Origin: Ktedonobacterales bacterium
GTDB lineage: Bacteria; Chloroflexota; Ktedonobacteria; Ktedonobacterales; DATBGS01
Assembly: GCA_036557285.1 (NCBI GenBank)
Contig: DATBHW010000073.1
Location: 551-64,550, forward strand
Direction: 5' to 3'
DNA length: 64,000 nucleotides
The position numbers were made by a program, and so were the translations under genes. The stretch's first letter is position 1. Each line of letters begins with the position of its first letter. Shown in pieces: positions 1 through 10,698 of this stretch. The notes under the pieces were generated by a model. It was not told the DNA's origin, searched no databases, and saw only the letters and a list, made by a program, of their open reading frames with translations.

Positions 1-2
1 AA

Positions 3-611
3 GAGGCGTTTGACCCGACGGAGTATGCTCGTTGGGTACGATCATTTGCAACACAGCAAGCGCGTGCTGAAGGGGGCAGCAGAGTTGAGCAGGCGCTTCG
101 TGCTTGTTGGGTGGCGCACCAGCCCACGATTCAGGCGGCAGTGACTTCTCTGGAAACGCTGGCAGATGTGCTGCAAAGGCGATCAGGGCCGCGCGTCATC
201 TGCCACGCTGACTTGCATCCAGGCAATATGATCCGTGACCAGACCGGCCAGGTCTTTGTGATTGATTGGGAGGATGTAATGCTGGCCCCCAAAGAGCGCG
301 ATTTCCTCTTTGTGGGGGAACCGCCAGCGGATGGCTCAGCGGGAGAGGACACCGCCCCTTTTTTTCAAGGGTACGGGCAGACGGAGATAGATTGGATCGC
401 GCTCACGTATTATCGCTGGGAACGGGTTATTACAGACCTGATCGAGGACGCTGGGCAAGTGTTTTTCCGGGATGATCTCGGAGAAGAATCCAGGGCTGAT
501 GCCGTCCAGCGGTTCAGCGACACCTTTGCGGCAGGCTATCAAGTGGATGTGGCCTGGGCCGCTGCGGCCCATCTCCCATCAGACCTCAGCTTTCTCAGTA
601 GACCACAATAG
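3..611 (+). CDS. APH/choline-kinase-like phosphotransferase, C-terminal part (5' end lies outside the window)
   Basis: The frame stays open back to the window start. It carries the catalytic loop HADLHPGNMI and the VIDWED metal-binding motif of the aminoglycoside phosphotransferase family. Confidence 0.7.
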   Translation, partial: EAFDPTEYARWVRSFATQQARAEGGSRVEQALRACWVAHQPTIQAAVTSLETLADVLQRRSGPRVICHADLHPGNMIRDQTGQVFVIDWEDVMLAPKERDFLFVGEPPADGSAGEDTAPFFQGYGQTEIDWIALTYYRWERVITDLIEDAGQVFFRDDLGEESRADAVQRFSDTFAAGYQVDVAWAAAAHLPSDLSFLSRPQ

Positions 612-637
612 ACTTCGATAGAAAGGAAGCGTCACGA

Positions 638-1816
638 TCAGCGCGAACCCCGCGACGTAAGCAGCAGCGCCCGCTCTTCCTGGCTGGTTTCGTGGTTCAG
701 GTTGTCCCCGATGAGGTCTTCCACTTCGGTCAGGCTGTTGGTCTGGACAAGCTGTCGGCGCAGCGAGACAGCATCGAAGAAATCGCGGCAGTACCAGGAA
801 AGGTGCTTGCGCAGTTCAACCCAGCGGTGGCCGGGCAGCAGCCTGGCGAACAGGCGAGCGTGATAGAGGGCGGTGCGCAAGCGTTCCTGGCTGGTAGGGC
901 GCGCGGCTGGAGCGAGCGTCCCGTCATGTAGAGCGCCCGTGCCGCTGGCTCCCAGGTGGGGGGCCGCCAGGGTGGCGCGCATGGCCCGCAGGTCGCGGAA
1001 CAGCCAGGGGTTGCCCATGCTGGCGCGGCCAATGAGGACGCCATGCACACCTGTTTCCAGAATGCGGCGGCGGGCGTCTTCGACGGTGTGGATGTCTCCG
1101 TTGCCCAGGATGAGGGTAGGCGTCTGGCGCACGATGGCGGCTGCTCGTCCGATGGCGTCCCAATTGGCTGATCCGGTATACATCTGGCGCAGCGTGCGCC
1201 CATGGAGCGAGATCGCTACCGGCTCCACCTCCAGCAGCACCTTGACCCAATCCTCGATGACAATCGAGTCATAGCCCAGGCGTGTCTTGACGGAGACTGG
1301 CAGAAGCCGCCGCGCAGTGGGCGCGTGCCGGGCCGCGTTCATCTGGCGGATGCGCGCGATGCGTTCCGACGCCAGGCCGATGCCTTCCAATGTCTGGCCG
1401 TTGGCCCAATCCTCCACGCCCCGTTTGACGGCGCGCACGATCTCTTGCGCCAGCAGCGGCTCGCGGATGAGCGCCGCGCCGCCGCCCTTGCCGGTGACAC
1501 ATTTGGAGGGGCAGCCCATGTTGATGTCCACGCCATCGAAGCCCAGTTCGCAGACCATGATCGCGGAGCGATAAAAGTCCTGCGGCGTCGCGCCGAAGAT
1601 TTGCGCGACTACCGGACGCTCCGCGTCATCGAACAGGAAGGCGTCCAGCAGCCGCACATCACCGCGCCAGAGTCCCTCTACATTGGTGAACTCGGTGAAC
1701 ACGATGTCGGGGCGGCCAATTTCGGCGTGAACCTGCCGAAAAGGCGCGTCGCTTACCCCGTCCATAGGGGCCAGGGCAATGATGGGCTGTGGAAGGGTCT
1801 GCCAGAACGAGGACAC
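638..1816 (-). CDS. dus: tRNA-dihydrouridine synthase
   Basis: LAPMDGVSDAPFR N-terminus, the DINMGCP motif and TIM-barrel flavoenzyme features. Confidence 0.85.
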   Translation of the reverse strand: MSSFWQTLPQPIIALAPMDGVSDAPFRQVHAEIGRPDIVFTEFTNVEGLWRGDVRLLDAFLFDDAERPVVAQIFGATPQDFYRSAIMVCELGFDGVDINMGCPSKCVTGKGGGAALIREPLLAQEIVRAVKRGVEDWANGQTLEGIGLASERIARIRQMNAARHAPTARRLLPVSVKTRLGYDSIVIEDWVKVLLEVEPVAISLHGRTLRQMYTGSANWDAIGRAAAIVRQTPTLILGNGDIHTVEDARRRILETGVHGVLIGRASMGNPWLFRDLRAMRATLAAPHLGASGTGALHDGTLAPAARPTSQERLRTALYHARLFARLLPGHRWVELRKHLSWYCRDFFDAVSLRRQLVQTNSLTEVEDLIGDNLNHETSQEERALLLTSRGSR

Positions 1817-1949
1817 GCATCACTCCTTACATCAGAAGAATAGGCCGCAGCACAGGCTGCCATGCAGGCATCATGCAGGTATATCGAATGTCTTCTCATT
1901 GTGTCCCAACGGAGCGGCTGCTGTCAAGGGAAGCAGGCAAGCGCCTATT

Positions 1950-2128
1950 TGTAGCGCCGCTCCCCTTCGGGGAGGGCCGCTTGCCTCGGCTGGGCCTCGG
2001 CACTCTCGCTCGCTGCGCTCGCTCGCGCGTCCCTTCCAGGCGGCTCAACGCTGGCCTGCTGGTACGTTGGCTTGGAGGGCGAACGCTCGCGCTGGCGAAT
2101 CGTTGGCCGCCTGGAAGGCGGCGCTACA
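1950..2128. repeat. Family-A GC-rich nested-palindrome repeat (core copy, partial flanks)
   Basis: Starts TGTAGCGCCGC and ends GCGGCGCTACA. The interior is shared with copies at 26486-26663 and 48262-48530. Confidence 0.85.
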
Positions 2129-2167
2129 GGTATAAGGTTAGGCGGGGTTGTAACCGCCAGCCGATGG

Positions 2168-3220
2168 TCAGGTGAGGAAAGCGAAACTCTGCTCCATCGG
2201 CGTATAGAACTGTGTTTTATCGCTGTCAAAGGTCGTGATAGGCGAAAGGTAGCTCAGGCTGAAGAGGGTTCCTTTATAGACCAACGACTCCACGACGGCA
2301 TGCAGGCTGCTTTTCTCGCCACAGTCCAACTGATGCCACTGCTGGCCGCCAATGGTGACGGCTGCGGGGGTGGCGTCAGACGCATTCCCCACGACACTAC
2401 AGAAGCCTGTATTGAACAGGTCTTCTTGACCAGACCTCGCGCCTGCGCTAATCGTTACCTGGAAGACCTGGCCGCTGTCACTGGTGAATTCCTCGCCGCT
2501 CGTACCCTGAGCGTCTCCGACTGGCTTCCAATCACTGGGATAGGCAATGCTGAAGGTGCTGCCGGTGAACTTCTTGAAGCCTGCCGGGATGCTTGGGGTA
2601 GGCGTGGAGGCGCCTGGGCCGGTGCTGGTGGCTGGTTTTTTGCCGGTGAGTGCGATGGCAGCGACGATGCCGCCCGCGATCACAACGAGCAGGACAATGG
2701 CAATGATCGCAATGAGGCCGCCCCTGCCCTTTTTGGGCGGCGGCATCATTGGCCCGCCAGGGTATCCCGGCTGCGGCGGTGGAAACGGTGTCCCAGGGTA
2801 TCCCGGCTGCGGCGGTGGAAAGCCGCCCTGTGGCGCGCTGCCAAAGCCTGGAGGCGGCCCATAGCCTGGCTGCGGTGGTGGAAATTGTGGGCCAGGAGGC
2901 TGCGACGGAGGCCCATAGCCCGGCTGCGTGCCTGAGCCAAAGCCTGGTTGTGATGGCGGGAACTGCGGGCCAGGCATGCCCCCTGGCTGCGGCAGGATAT
3001 AGCCCGGCGGCGGCGCGGGCTGCGCTGGCGGGAACTGAGGCGGCGCGCCAAAGCCTGGCTGGGATGGCTGCGGCGGAAATCCATCCGGCTGCTGCCCATA
3101 GGGCGCGCCTGGCGTGGGCGTCTGCCCTGGCGTTGGGGGTCTCACTCGCGTCGTCGGCGACTCATCGTCACTGTTCCCCCCGCCTGGGGGGCCGGATTGA
3201 AATGGCTGATCTGATTGCAT
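2168..3220 (-). CDS. Pro/Gly/Gln-rich membrane-anchored protein with a C-terminal globular domain
   Basis: About 150 aa of PGYGPP/PQFPP repeats, one TM helix (LIAIIAIVLLVVIAGGIVAAIAL), then a non-repetitive extracytoplasmic domain. A 28-bp direct repeat with 36-nt period lies at 2758-2821. Confidence 0.6.
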   Translation of the reverse strand: MQSDQPFQSGPPGGGNSDDESPTTRVRPPTPGQTPTPGAPYGQQPDGFPPQPSQPGFGAPPQFPPAQPAPPPGYILPQPGGMPGPQFPPSQPGFGSGTQPGYGPPSQPPGPQFPPPQPGYGPPPGFGSAPQGGFPPPQPGYPGTPFPPPQPGYPGGPMMPPPKKGRGGLIAIIAIVLLVVIAGGIVAAIALTGKKPATSTGPGASTPTPSIPAGFKKFTGSTFSIAYPSDWKPVGDAQGTSGEEFTSDSGQVFQVTISAGARSGQEDLFNTGFCSVVGNASDATPAAVTIGGQQWHQLDCGEKSSLHAVVESLVYKGTLFSLSYLSPITTFDSDKTQFYTPMEQSFAFLT

Positions 3221-3263
3221 TATGGTTTGTCTGGCGCAGGCGGAAAGCCTGCGCGCCCTCCTT

Positions 3264-3297
3264 TATCGTGTTGGAGAAATTATCGTGTTGGAGAAAT
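3264..3297. repeat. Perfect tandem duplication of the 17-mer TATCGTGTTGGAGAAAT
   Basis: Two identical adjacent units 45-78 nt upstream of the Pro-rich protein start (minus strand). Confidence 0.9.
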
Positions 3298-3463
3298 GGT
3301 ACATTGTTCGCTAGTCTCTCTGAGGGGTTATGTGCTATTCCTATCATCGCGTGCTTTTTGCGCTCTCAAGACTCTAGCATCCACATCAGGGGTTGTCAAG
3401 CTTCCCACTCACACTCTCTTATGGTAGAGCATCATTTCAAGGCCGCTCTCTCGGAAGACGCGT

Positions 3464-3499
3464 AAAAACAGTTTCGTCGCGTGGTGCACGACGAAACTG
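3464..3499 (-). terminator. Intrinsic terminator of metK
   Basis: 11-bp perfect stem CAGTTTCGTCG/CGACGAAACTG followed by TTTTT on the minus strand, 30 nt after the stop. Confidence 0.7.
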
Positions 3500-3529
3500 A
3501 ATGGGCTGAGGATCCGTGCTGTATGGCTG

Positions 3530-4819
3530 CTACTGGCCCGCGACGGTCACGCTCGATGGAGCGCCGATGGCGCGCTTGAGGTCTTCGACCTTATCCAGCC
3601 GCTCCCAGGGGGCGTCAATGTCGGTGCGGCCAAAGTGGCCGTAGGCAGCGGTCGCCTGATAGATGGGCCGTCGCAGTTTGAGCGCCTGGATGATGCCCGC
3701 CGGGCGCAGATCGAAATGCTCGCGGATGAGCCGGGCCAGCGTATTATCATCAACCTTCCCGGTGCCGAACGTCTCTACGAAGATGGCGAGCGGGCGGGCG
3801 ACACCGATAGCATAGGCTACCTGAATCTCGCAGCGATCAGCCAGGCCAGCGGCGACAATATTCTTGGCGACGTGGCGCACCGCATAGGCCGCCGAGCGGT
3901 CAACCTTGGTGGGGTCTTTGCCGCTGAACGCGCCGCCGCCATGACGCGCCATGCCGCCGTAGGTGTCTACGATGATCTTGCGCCCGGTCAGCCCGGCGTC
4001 TCCCATCGGCCCGCCGACGACAAAGCGGCCCGTCGGGTTGACATGATAGGTAGTCTTCTCATCCAGCAGTTCGGGCGGGATGACCTTCTTGATGATATGC
4101 TCTTTCACGTCGGCTGTGATCTGTTGCAGAGAGGCATCCGGGGCATGCTGGGTGGAAATGACAACTGTATCAACGCGCACCGGCTTGCCAAACTCGTACT
4201 GCACCGTGACCTGGCTTTTGCCATCGGGGCGCAGATAGGGCATCGGGCCAGTGCCATCCACAGAAAGGCGGCGCACGCTGGCAAGCTGGCGGGTCAGTTT
4301 GTGGGCCAGGCTGATGGGCATAGGCATCAGTTCGGTGGTTTCGTTGCAGGCAAAGCCGATCATCATGCCCTGGTCGCCCGCGCCAATTTCTTCCAGTTCA
4401 TCATCGGTGAGCGGGCCACTTGACTGGCGCTCTTTCGCTTCCTTGGAACGCGAGACGCCCATATCAATGTCGGGCGATTGCTTGCCAATGGAGGTGGTGA
4501 CGCCGCAGGTGCGATAGTCGAAGCCATAGCGGGCGTCGGTATAGCCGATGTGTTCAATCGTCTGGCGAACAATAGCCGGAATATCGGCCCAGGCGGTGGT
4601 GGTGATTTCGCCGCAGACGAGGATCAGGCCAGTGGTGGTGGCCGTCTCGCAGGCCACGCGGGCGCTCTCGTCCTGGGCGATCAGATTATCCAGCACTGCA
4701 TCGCTGATCTGATCGCACAGCTTGTCGGGGTGTCCCTCGGTGACGCTTTCGCTGGTGAAGAACGTTTTGGGACTGGTCATAAAACTGGTCATGTCTGCTG
4801 GGGGTTTAGAAAAACCCAC
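3530..4819 (-). CDS. metK: S-adenosylmethionine synthetase
   Basis: [34 protein letters not shown] and [25 protein letters not shown] motifs. The true start may be the internal Met at 4792. Confidence 0.95.
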   Translation of the reverse strand: MGFSKPPADMTSFMTSPKTFFTSESVTEGHPDKLCDQISDAVLDNLIAQDESARVACETATTTGLILVCGEITTTAWADIPAIVRQTIEHIGYTDARYGFDYRTCGVTTSIGKQSPDIDMGVSRSKEAKERQSSGPLTDDELEEIGAGDQGMMIGFACNETTELMPMPISLAHKLTRQLASVRRLSVDGTGPMPYLRPDGKSQVTVQYEFGKPVRVDTVVISTQHAPDASLQQITADVKEHIIKKVIPPELLDEKTTYHVNPTGRFVVGGPMGDAGLTGRKIIVDTYGGMARHGGGAFSGKDPTKVDRSAAYAVRHVAKNIVAAGLADRCEIQVAYAIGVARPLAIFVETFGTGKVDDNTLARLIREHFDLRPAGIIQALKLRRPIYQATAAYGHFGRTDIDAPWERLDKVEDLKRAIGAPSSVTVAGQ

Positions 4820-4857
4820 TCCTCCCTTCGGAATTCACACGTATGGCAATTGGCGGC

Positions 4858-6204
<1,347 letters not shown>

Positions 6205-6405
6205 TTATGATACTGGCCCTGCCTGCAAGACAAGAAGAGAGAGTGTGTTCTCTCTTTGTGGTAACGAATGACGGCGAAGAGAGTATGCCCGATATGAGGC
6301 GATTGCCAGCAAAAATGTTTCGCTCTGCCGCGCCGCGAGTACACATCATGAGGCGTCTGGGAACACGCTGTCATGCTCATACTTGCTTGTAGTTGGGAGA
6401 ATCTC

Positions 6406-7140
6406 ATGAGATTGGTTCGCTCACCTCTGGTAGCATCGGTGCTGTTGCTGCTGTGCCTTGCAGGGTGCCGATCTGGTGATTATGCTCCTTCAGTGGTTCC
6501 TGAGTGGCTGCTGGGATGGAACCCTCCGGCGAAAGGGATCGATGCTTCTGTGCCTCTTGATACAGCCTTCAAGATGGGAACTATTCTGGAGCATTGGTCT
6601 ACACCAGGCTCGTTACCAGATTCGGCAACTACCTGGCTCTTGCTGGGGAAGACGTTCGGCATTGGGCGGGTTCGGCTCGATGCTGAGGGGTTCTATCAAG
6701 ACCTCGCCTTTCTCTATGTTAATTCCCAGCAGCATACTTGGGATGCGAATGCTACTTCTATCGTCAGTGGGCAGCCCTGTAGCGATGGGAATAAGGTATC
6801 GGGTTCGCTCGTATTTCCTGAGCCTGTCTGCCCCAACGGTCTTTTAACATGGTTTAGCCAGCCTTTCAGCTTTACGCTGACAACCTGGCACTTTGCAACG
6901 CATATCTATGTGCTGATGCGAGCAGGAGTTCAGCTTCACAATGTTGATAGCGATGGTGTCCCCGTTCAGATCGGCTCATTTACCGGACACACGCGCCGAT
7001 CTGGAGAGTTTACCACGATCATCGTGCCAGTCGGTACGAACGAGAGTATGCTGATCGCCACTTCAGCCGGAAAAGAGGTCACAGCGCAGCTTGCCCAGGC
7101 GATGGTTGCTCAGAGGGATGATCTTGTGCCTCTGGATTAG
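6406..7140 (+). CDS. Hypothetical lipoprotein
   Basis: Signal peptide with lipobox LLLLCLAGC. GC content is lower than in the neighbours. Confidence 0.6.
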   Translation: MRLVRSPLVASVLLLLCLAGCRSGDYAPSVVPEWLLGWNPPAKGIDASVPLDTAFKMGTILEHWSTPGSLPDSATTWLLLGKTFGIGRVRLDAEGFYQDLAFLYVNSQQHTWDANATSIVSGQPCSDGNKVSGSLVFPEPVCPNGLLTWFSQPFSFTLTTWHFATHIYVLMRAGVQLHNVDSDGVPVQIGSFTGHTRRSGEFTTIIVPVGTNESMLIATSAGKEVTAQLAQAMVAQRDDLVPLD

Positions 7141-7167
7141 CCGGATGAGCAGAGAGACAGCCTCGTC

Positions 7168-7245
7168 TCACCCTCTGTTCCACAGGCGCGAGACCCAGCG
7201 GCGGCTGCCATGCGCTTCGACAAAGTGGCAGGCGCCGCTGTAGCC
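7168..7245 (-). pseudogene. Relic of a GNAT gene 3' end (last 25 codons plus stop), a direct repeat of 9811-9888
   Basis: 71/75 nt identical to 9814-9888. It translates to GYSGACHFVEAHGSRRWVSRLWNRG*, versus GYGDACRFVEAHGSRRWVSRLWNRG* for the intact gene. Confidence 0.8.
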
Positions 7246-7274
7246 ACAATAGGAACAATGAATCGGCAAAACTG

Positions 7275-7302
7275 TTGACTCTGGCAGCAACCCATTTATA
7301 AT
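7275..7302 (+). promoter_or_regulatory. Putative promoter at the left edge of the low-GC islet
   Basis: TTGACT-N16-TATAAT. Confidence 0.45.
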
Positions 7303-7350
7303 AGGTTATGTAAACGGACAAGCTCTTCCTTCCTTCCTGACGCTTCCAAA

Positions 7351-7860
7351 ATGGAAGGAGGGGTGGCCCTTGAAGCGTGCGGTCTTTCCCCGGTTTCTCA
7401 AACCCTGCACTGGATAATGAGTGTTTCTATCGAGCGCAATTTCACGGAGGATGGCAAAGAAATGTCTGCTCTCGACACCCCGGCAGCCCAGGGTGCTTCT
7501 GGATTCCTGCCTGATAGGCGCTCTGTAGCCCCATTGCTCCTTGGCCCCGCTTGCTGGCATGAGCCAGCCCTTGCCAGGATGGTGAGCCAGGGCAAGGAAA
7601 TCCTGCTTACCCCACGCGAGAATGCCCTGCTCCTGCTCTTGCTGAGCGCGCCCTATGAATGGCACAAGACTGGCGACCTGGCGGCTTTGCTTGGTGAACG
7701 TCTCGGTATGGCAGAGGTTTCTCTGCAATCCGTCCGGCAGACCATGCTGGGCCTGCGCCGCAAACTGGATAGCTGTGCTGTATCCTCTGACCTGCTGCGC
7801 TGCCGTCCTGGGCATGGCTATGGCATTTTCCCGCCCACCATTACCGATCCGCTCTCTTGA
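7351..7860 (+). CDS. Stand-alone OmpR/PhoB-type winged-helix DNA-binding protein (no receiver domain)
   Basis: C-terminal LTPRENALLLLLL...SVRQTMLGLRRKL...RPGHGYGIF resembles the trans_reg_C domain. The start codon is uncertain (7351, 7363 or 7417). Confidence 0.55.
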   Translation: MEGGVALEACGLSPVSQTLHWIMSVSIERNFTEDGKEMSALDTPAAQGASGFLPDRRSVAPLLLGPACWHEPALARMVSQGKEILLTPRENALLLLLLSAPYEWHKTGDLAALLGERLGMAEVSLQSVRQTMLGLRRKLDSCAVSSDLLRCRPGHGYGIFPPTITDPLS

Positions 7861-8089
7861 TACCACGCGGTCAATTCACACCAACACAACACAGATCTGA
7901 CGCAATTACAACGCTATCTTGACGCGCCGCGCTCAATGCTCAGGTTAAACTCTATGCAGCGAAGGAAAGAGGCGGATCGGAGCTTGTAGCCAAGACTGCC
8001 GACGCGATCTCCCGGCAGCATACCTGCTTGAGCTACACTTGTGATCGCTTAATGCGACGGACTTTTTGCATAGTGAAAGGAGACCCAGG

Positions 8090-8617
8090 ATGGGAACACG
8101 GCGAACTCCTGATGCGTCTGCGAAGATAGCTGCCAGGCATATTCTTTCTTGGCGCAGCAGACGCGGATTGATAGCCGTCCTTGTAACTTGCCTGGTTGCG
8201 CTGATGGCATCCAGTGTGAGTTTTGGTGTCGGTGGACATACCCCCGTGGCTCACGCCTCTTCGTGCAATGGTTACTACCGGCAGAGCAACCACTGGGGGG
8301 CCTGGTTTGAGATCGACGGAAGCACAAGCTGTCTCGGAACTCCGCCACAAGGTGTAGCATGGGTTCAACCATGCGGTGCATCGATCACGGTAAACGCGGA
8401 TGTCTGGCTCAGTCAAGGTACTACACCTGGAAGCAATCGCCTTGCGGAGTCTGGACGAACGGGCAACGTGACATATCAAGGCAATTGCAACTGGCATCTA
8501 GCTATCCAGTTAATTGGTTGGGGCCAAATTTTCACGACGCCGCTGTACGCCTGTATGTGGGCCTTAAATCCGAGTAACAATCAATCATTTGATTGGTTTT
8601 GTGTACAGGACTCCTGA
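8090..8617 (+). CDS. Small secreted Cys-rich protein (possible Tat signal)
   Basis: AAAGGAG SD 7 nt upstream of the ATG. N-terminal SWRSRRGLIAVLV...AHA signal, and a mature ~125-aa part with 7 Cys. No family recognised. Confidence 0.5.
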   Translation: MGTRRTPDASAKIAARHILSWRSRRGLIAVLVTCLVALMASSVSFGVGGHTPVAHASSCNGYYRQSNHWGAWFEIDGSTSCLGTPPQGVAWVQPCGASITVNADVWLSQGTTPGSNRLAESGRTGNVTYQGNCNWHLAIQLIGWGQIFTTPLYACMWALNPSNNQSFDWFCVQDS

Positions 8618-8643
8618 GCCATGATTGACGGCCATCATGGCTC
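8616..8643 (+). terminator. Hairpin overlapping the stop codon of the Cys-rich protein gene
   Basis: 10-bp perfect stem GAGCCATGAT/ATCATGGCTC with an 8-nt loop. No U tract. Confidence 0.3.
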
Positions 8644-8854
8644 GGCTTATGCGGTGACCCCTAGAAGGGTGACTCCTCACATTGAGCCATTTGCATCATG
8701 TTCGAGGCCGCGAGACCGCGCGAGACGCGCTGGGGGAGTGTGACGAGAGGCTCAATCCTTTGGCATTCTGCACTAGACATGCTGTCTGGACATCCCAGGC
8801 ATCAGCAATGTTGAGCGTGGCCGAAGCGCCACATGAAGGGAGACTGCACACGCC

Positions 8855-9478
8855 ATGCGGATACGAACCCTACCATTCTTGTTGGTTGCAATCGGGACTC
8901 CAGTGCTGCTGATCATCGCGATCCTCGTGGGGATTTTCTTCTCGCGGACATTGCTCCCGATCACAGCACAACCACTAGGTATCTCCGGATCCCAACCAAC
9001 CCCTATACATCATTACGGCCCTGAAGCTGGAAATATCAGCGATTCACTGATCTCGCCAGACAATGTGACATTTCAGATCGTGGACATCCAACGCGACGCA
9101 ACCAAGTGGCTGTTTCACATCCATGCACATAACAATGCAGATCTTGACACGAAAATCCTGGATGCTGGAACAAGCCACTACTTCATGCTAGGGCTCCAGG
9201 GTCCTGCTGGCACGCCAATCCCGCCCGACCAGGGTGAAGTCATACTGGCTGCGCCAGCGCAGCCAGATGCGGCAGCACACCCAGCATTGCCCGCTGTGGT
9301 CGCGTCGAATGCGGATGTAGATGGATGGCTAGTTGCTGACCTAACGAACGCTAAGTATAAGCCGTTCCAGTTGTTTTACGTGTATGGAACGGTACCGACT
9401 GTAGCGTGCGCGAACCCGAGGGACACGAGCACCTGTCACACAGAAACTGCCTGGAGGACGCTCGTCTGGATGTTGTAG
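8855..9478 (+). CDS. Membrane-anchored hypothetical protein (N-terminal TM plus beta-rich ectodomain)
   Basis: TM helix LPFLLVAIGTPVLLIIAILVGIFF followed by a soluble domain. No family recognised with confidence. Confidence 0.5.
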   Translation: MRIRTLPFLLVAIGTPVLLIIAILVGIFFSRTLLPITAQPLGISGSQPTPIHHYGPEAGNISDSLISPDNVTFQIVDIQRDATKWLFHIHAHNNADLDTKILDAGTSHYFMLGLQGPAGTPIPPDQGEVILAAPAQPDAAAHPALPAVVASNADVDGWLVADLTNAKYKPFQLFYVYGTVPTVACANPRDTSTCHTETAWRTLVWML

Positions 9479-9810
9479 TGTAAGTGACTCGGCATACTAG
9501 TCAGTATCGGGCCATTGAGCCCGCAAAAAGAATTTACAACGTTCAGCATTACGGTCCCTGAAATAGAGCGCATTGGTAGGAGACAAGCGATGGAGGCGAT
9601 GATTCCCAAAAGCATCGCCTCCTTCATCATTGGAGGAGGAGGAGGAGGAATTTCCAGGTCTCCGAGTTCAGTATGAACCCTCGACGTTGTAAATTGCACG
9701 GACGGGCCAAATAGGCCAGGCTGTACTTGCGCTGCCCTGCGTCTTCGCGCAACAAGGTCAAGTGCGAGGCGGCGGCTGACCTGAGACGGAAGCGATAGGG
9801 CTGCTGCGCC

Positions 9811-10698
9811 TTACCCTCTGTTCCACAGACGCGAGACCCAGCGGCGGCTGCCATGCGCTTCGACAAAGCGGCAGGCGTCGCCGTAGCCGATGTTCTTATA
9901 GGCACGAATGGCGGGCGTGTTATCGGCGCGCACGTTCAAGATCGCCAGCGCCTCCGATTGGCCTGGTTCGTCCGGCCCGAAGCCGCGCAGCGCCTCTGCT
10001 GTTACGGCGGCAGTGACGGCCTGCGCGAAGCCGCGCCCACGAAAATGCGGATGGGTGAAGACATTGCCTACAGCGGCAATGCGCTGCGAGGGCGAGATGA
10101 CGTGTGTGCCAGCGGTGGAGACGAGCCGCCCATCCACTTTGATGCCGTAGAAGATGCCACTCTCCAGTTGATAGGCGGCAAAGGCGCTGGCCGAGGCCAT
10201 GCGATAGATGCGATTCAGTTCAGGCAGATCGCGCGCGGTCAAGGGCGCGGCGCGCTCCTGCTCTCTGGCAGGCCGAAAGGCGGCCTTGCTCACGGTCATG
10301 CGCAGCATGTCGCGGATGTGGCGCAGGCGGTAGCGTTTCTCCAGCGTGGGAAGATGCGCTGATTGGGCGGTGATCTGGATAAAAGCGGGGGTTAGCTCTT
10401 GCTCCAGCGGAGCGCACACGGCCCCAGGCTCGCCCATCAGAAAGAGGACCACCGGATCCAGTCGCCCGAACTCCATGGTCAGCCCACGCGCCTCGCCCTG
10501 GGCATCGCTGATCAGAAACCATTGACAGGCGCTAAAATACCCCTCTTCCAGATCGCAGAGGGCGTATCCGGCGTAGAAGCGATCACGGTTCAGGAACGCC
10601 GCGATCTGGTCTTTGTCGGTGGTCTGGCGCACCGTGTAGCGGGCGTGGGTGAATGTCGTCATCAGATTATCTGGCCCCGTTGACCCAATCGGGGTCAA
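9811..10698 (-). CDS. GNAT family N-acetyltransferase
   Basis: Acetyl-CoA motif A VFTHPHFRGRGFAQAV. An alternative start lies at 10662. Confidence 0.8.
   Translation of the reverse strand: MTPIGSTGPDNLMTTFTHARYTVRQTTDKDQIAAFLNRDRFYAGYALCDLEEGYFSACQWFLISDAQGEARGLTMEFGRLDPVVLFLMGEPGAVCAPLEQELTPAFIQITAQSAHLPTLEKRYRLRHIRDMLRMTVSKAAFRPAREQERAAPLTARDLPELNRIYRMASASAFAAYQLESGIFYGIKVDGRLVSTAGTHVISPSQRIAAVGNVFTHPHFRGRGFAQAVTAAVTAEALRGFGPDEPGQSEALAILNVRADNTPAIRAYKNIGYGDACRFVEAHGSRRWVSRLWNRG

Noticed and set aside
1789-2229. ORFs translating the family-A repeats, with recurring peptides such as AAWKAALQV, WPPGRRRYK and LVAPPSRR. They also occur at 18494-18746, 20963-21193, 26454-26810, 48225-48660, 49011-49432 and 61071-61446.
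   Set aside because: The same peptides arise in several frames and strands only because the DNA repeat is palindromic. The copies have TSDs and are intergenic, so they are not protein-coding.
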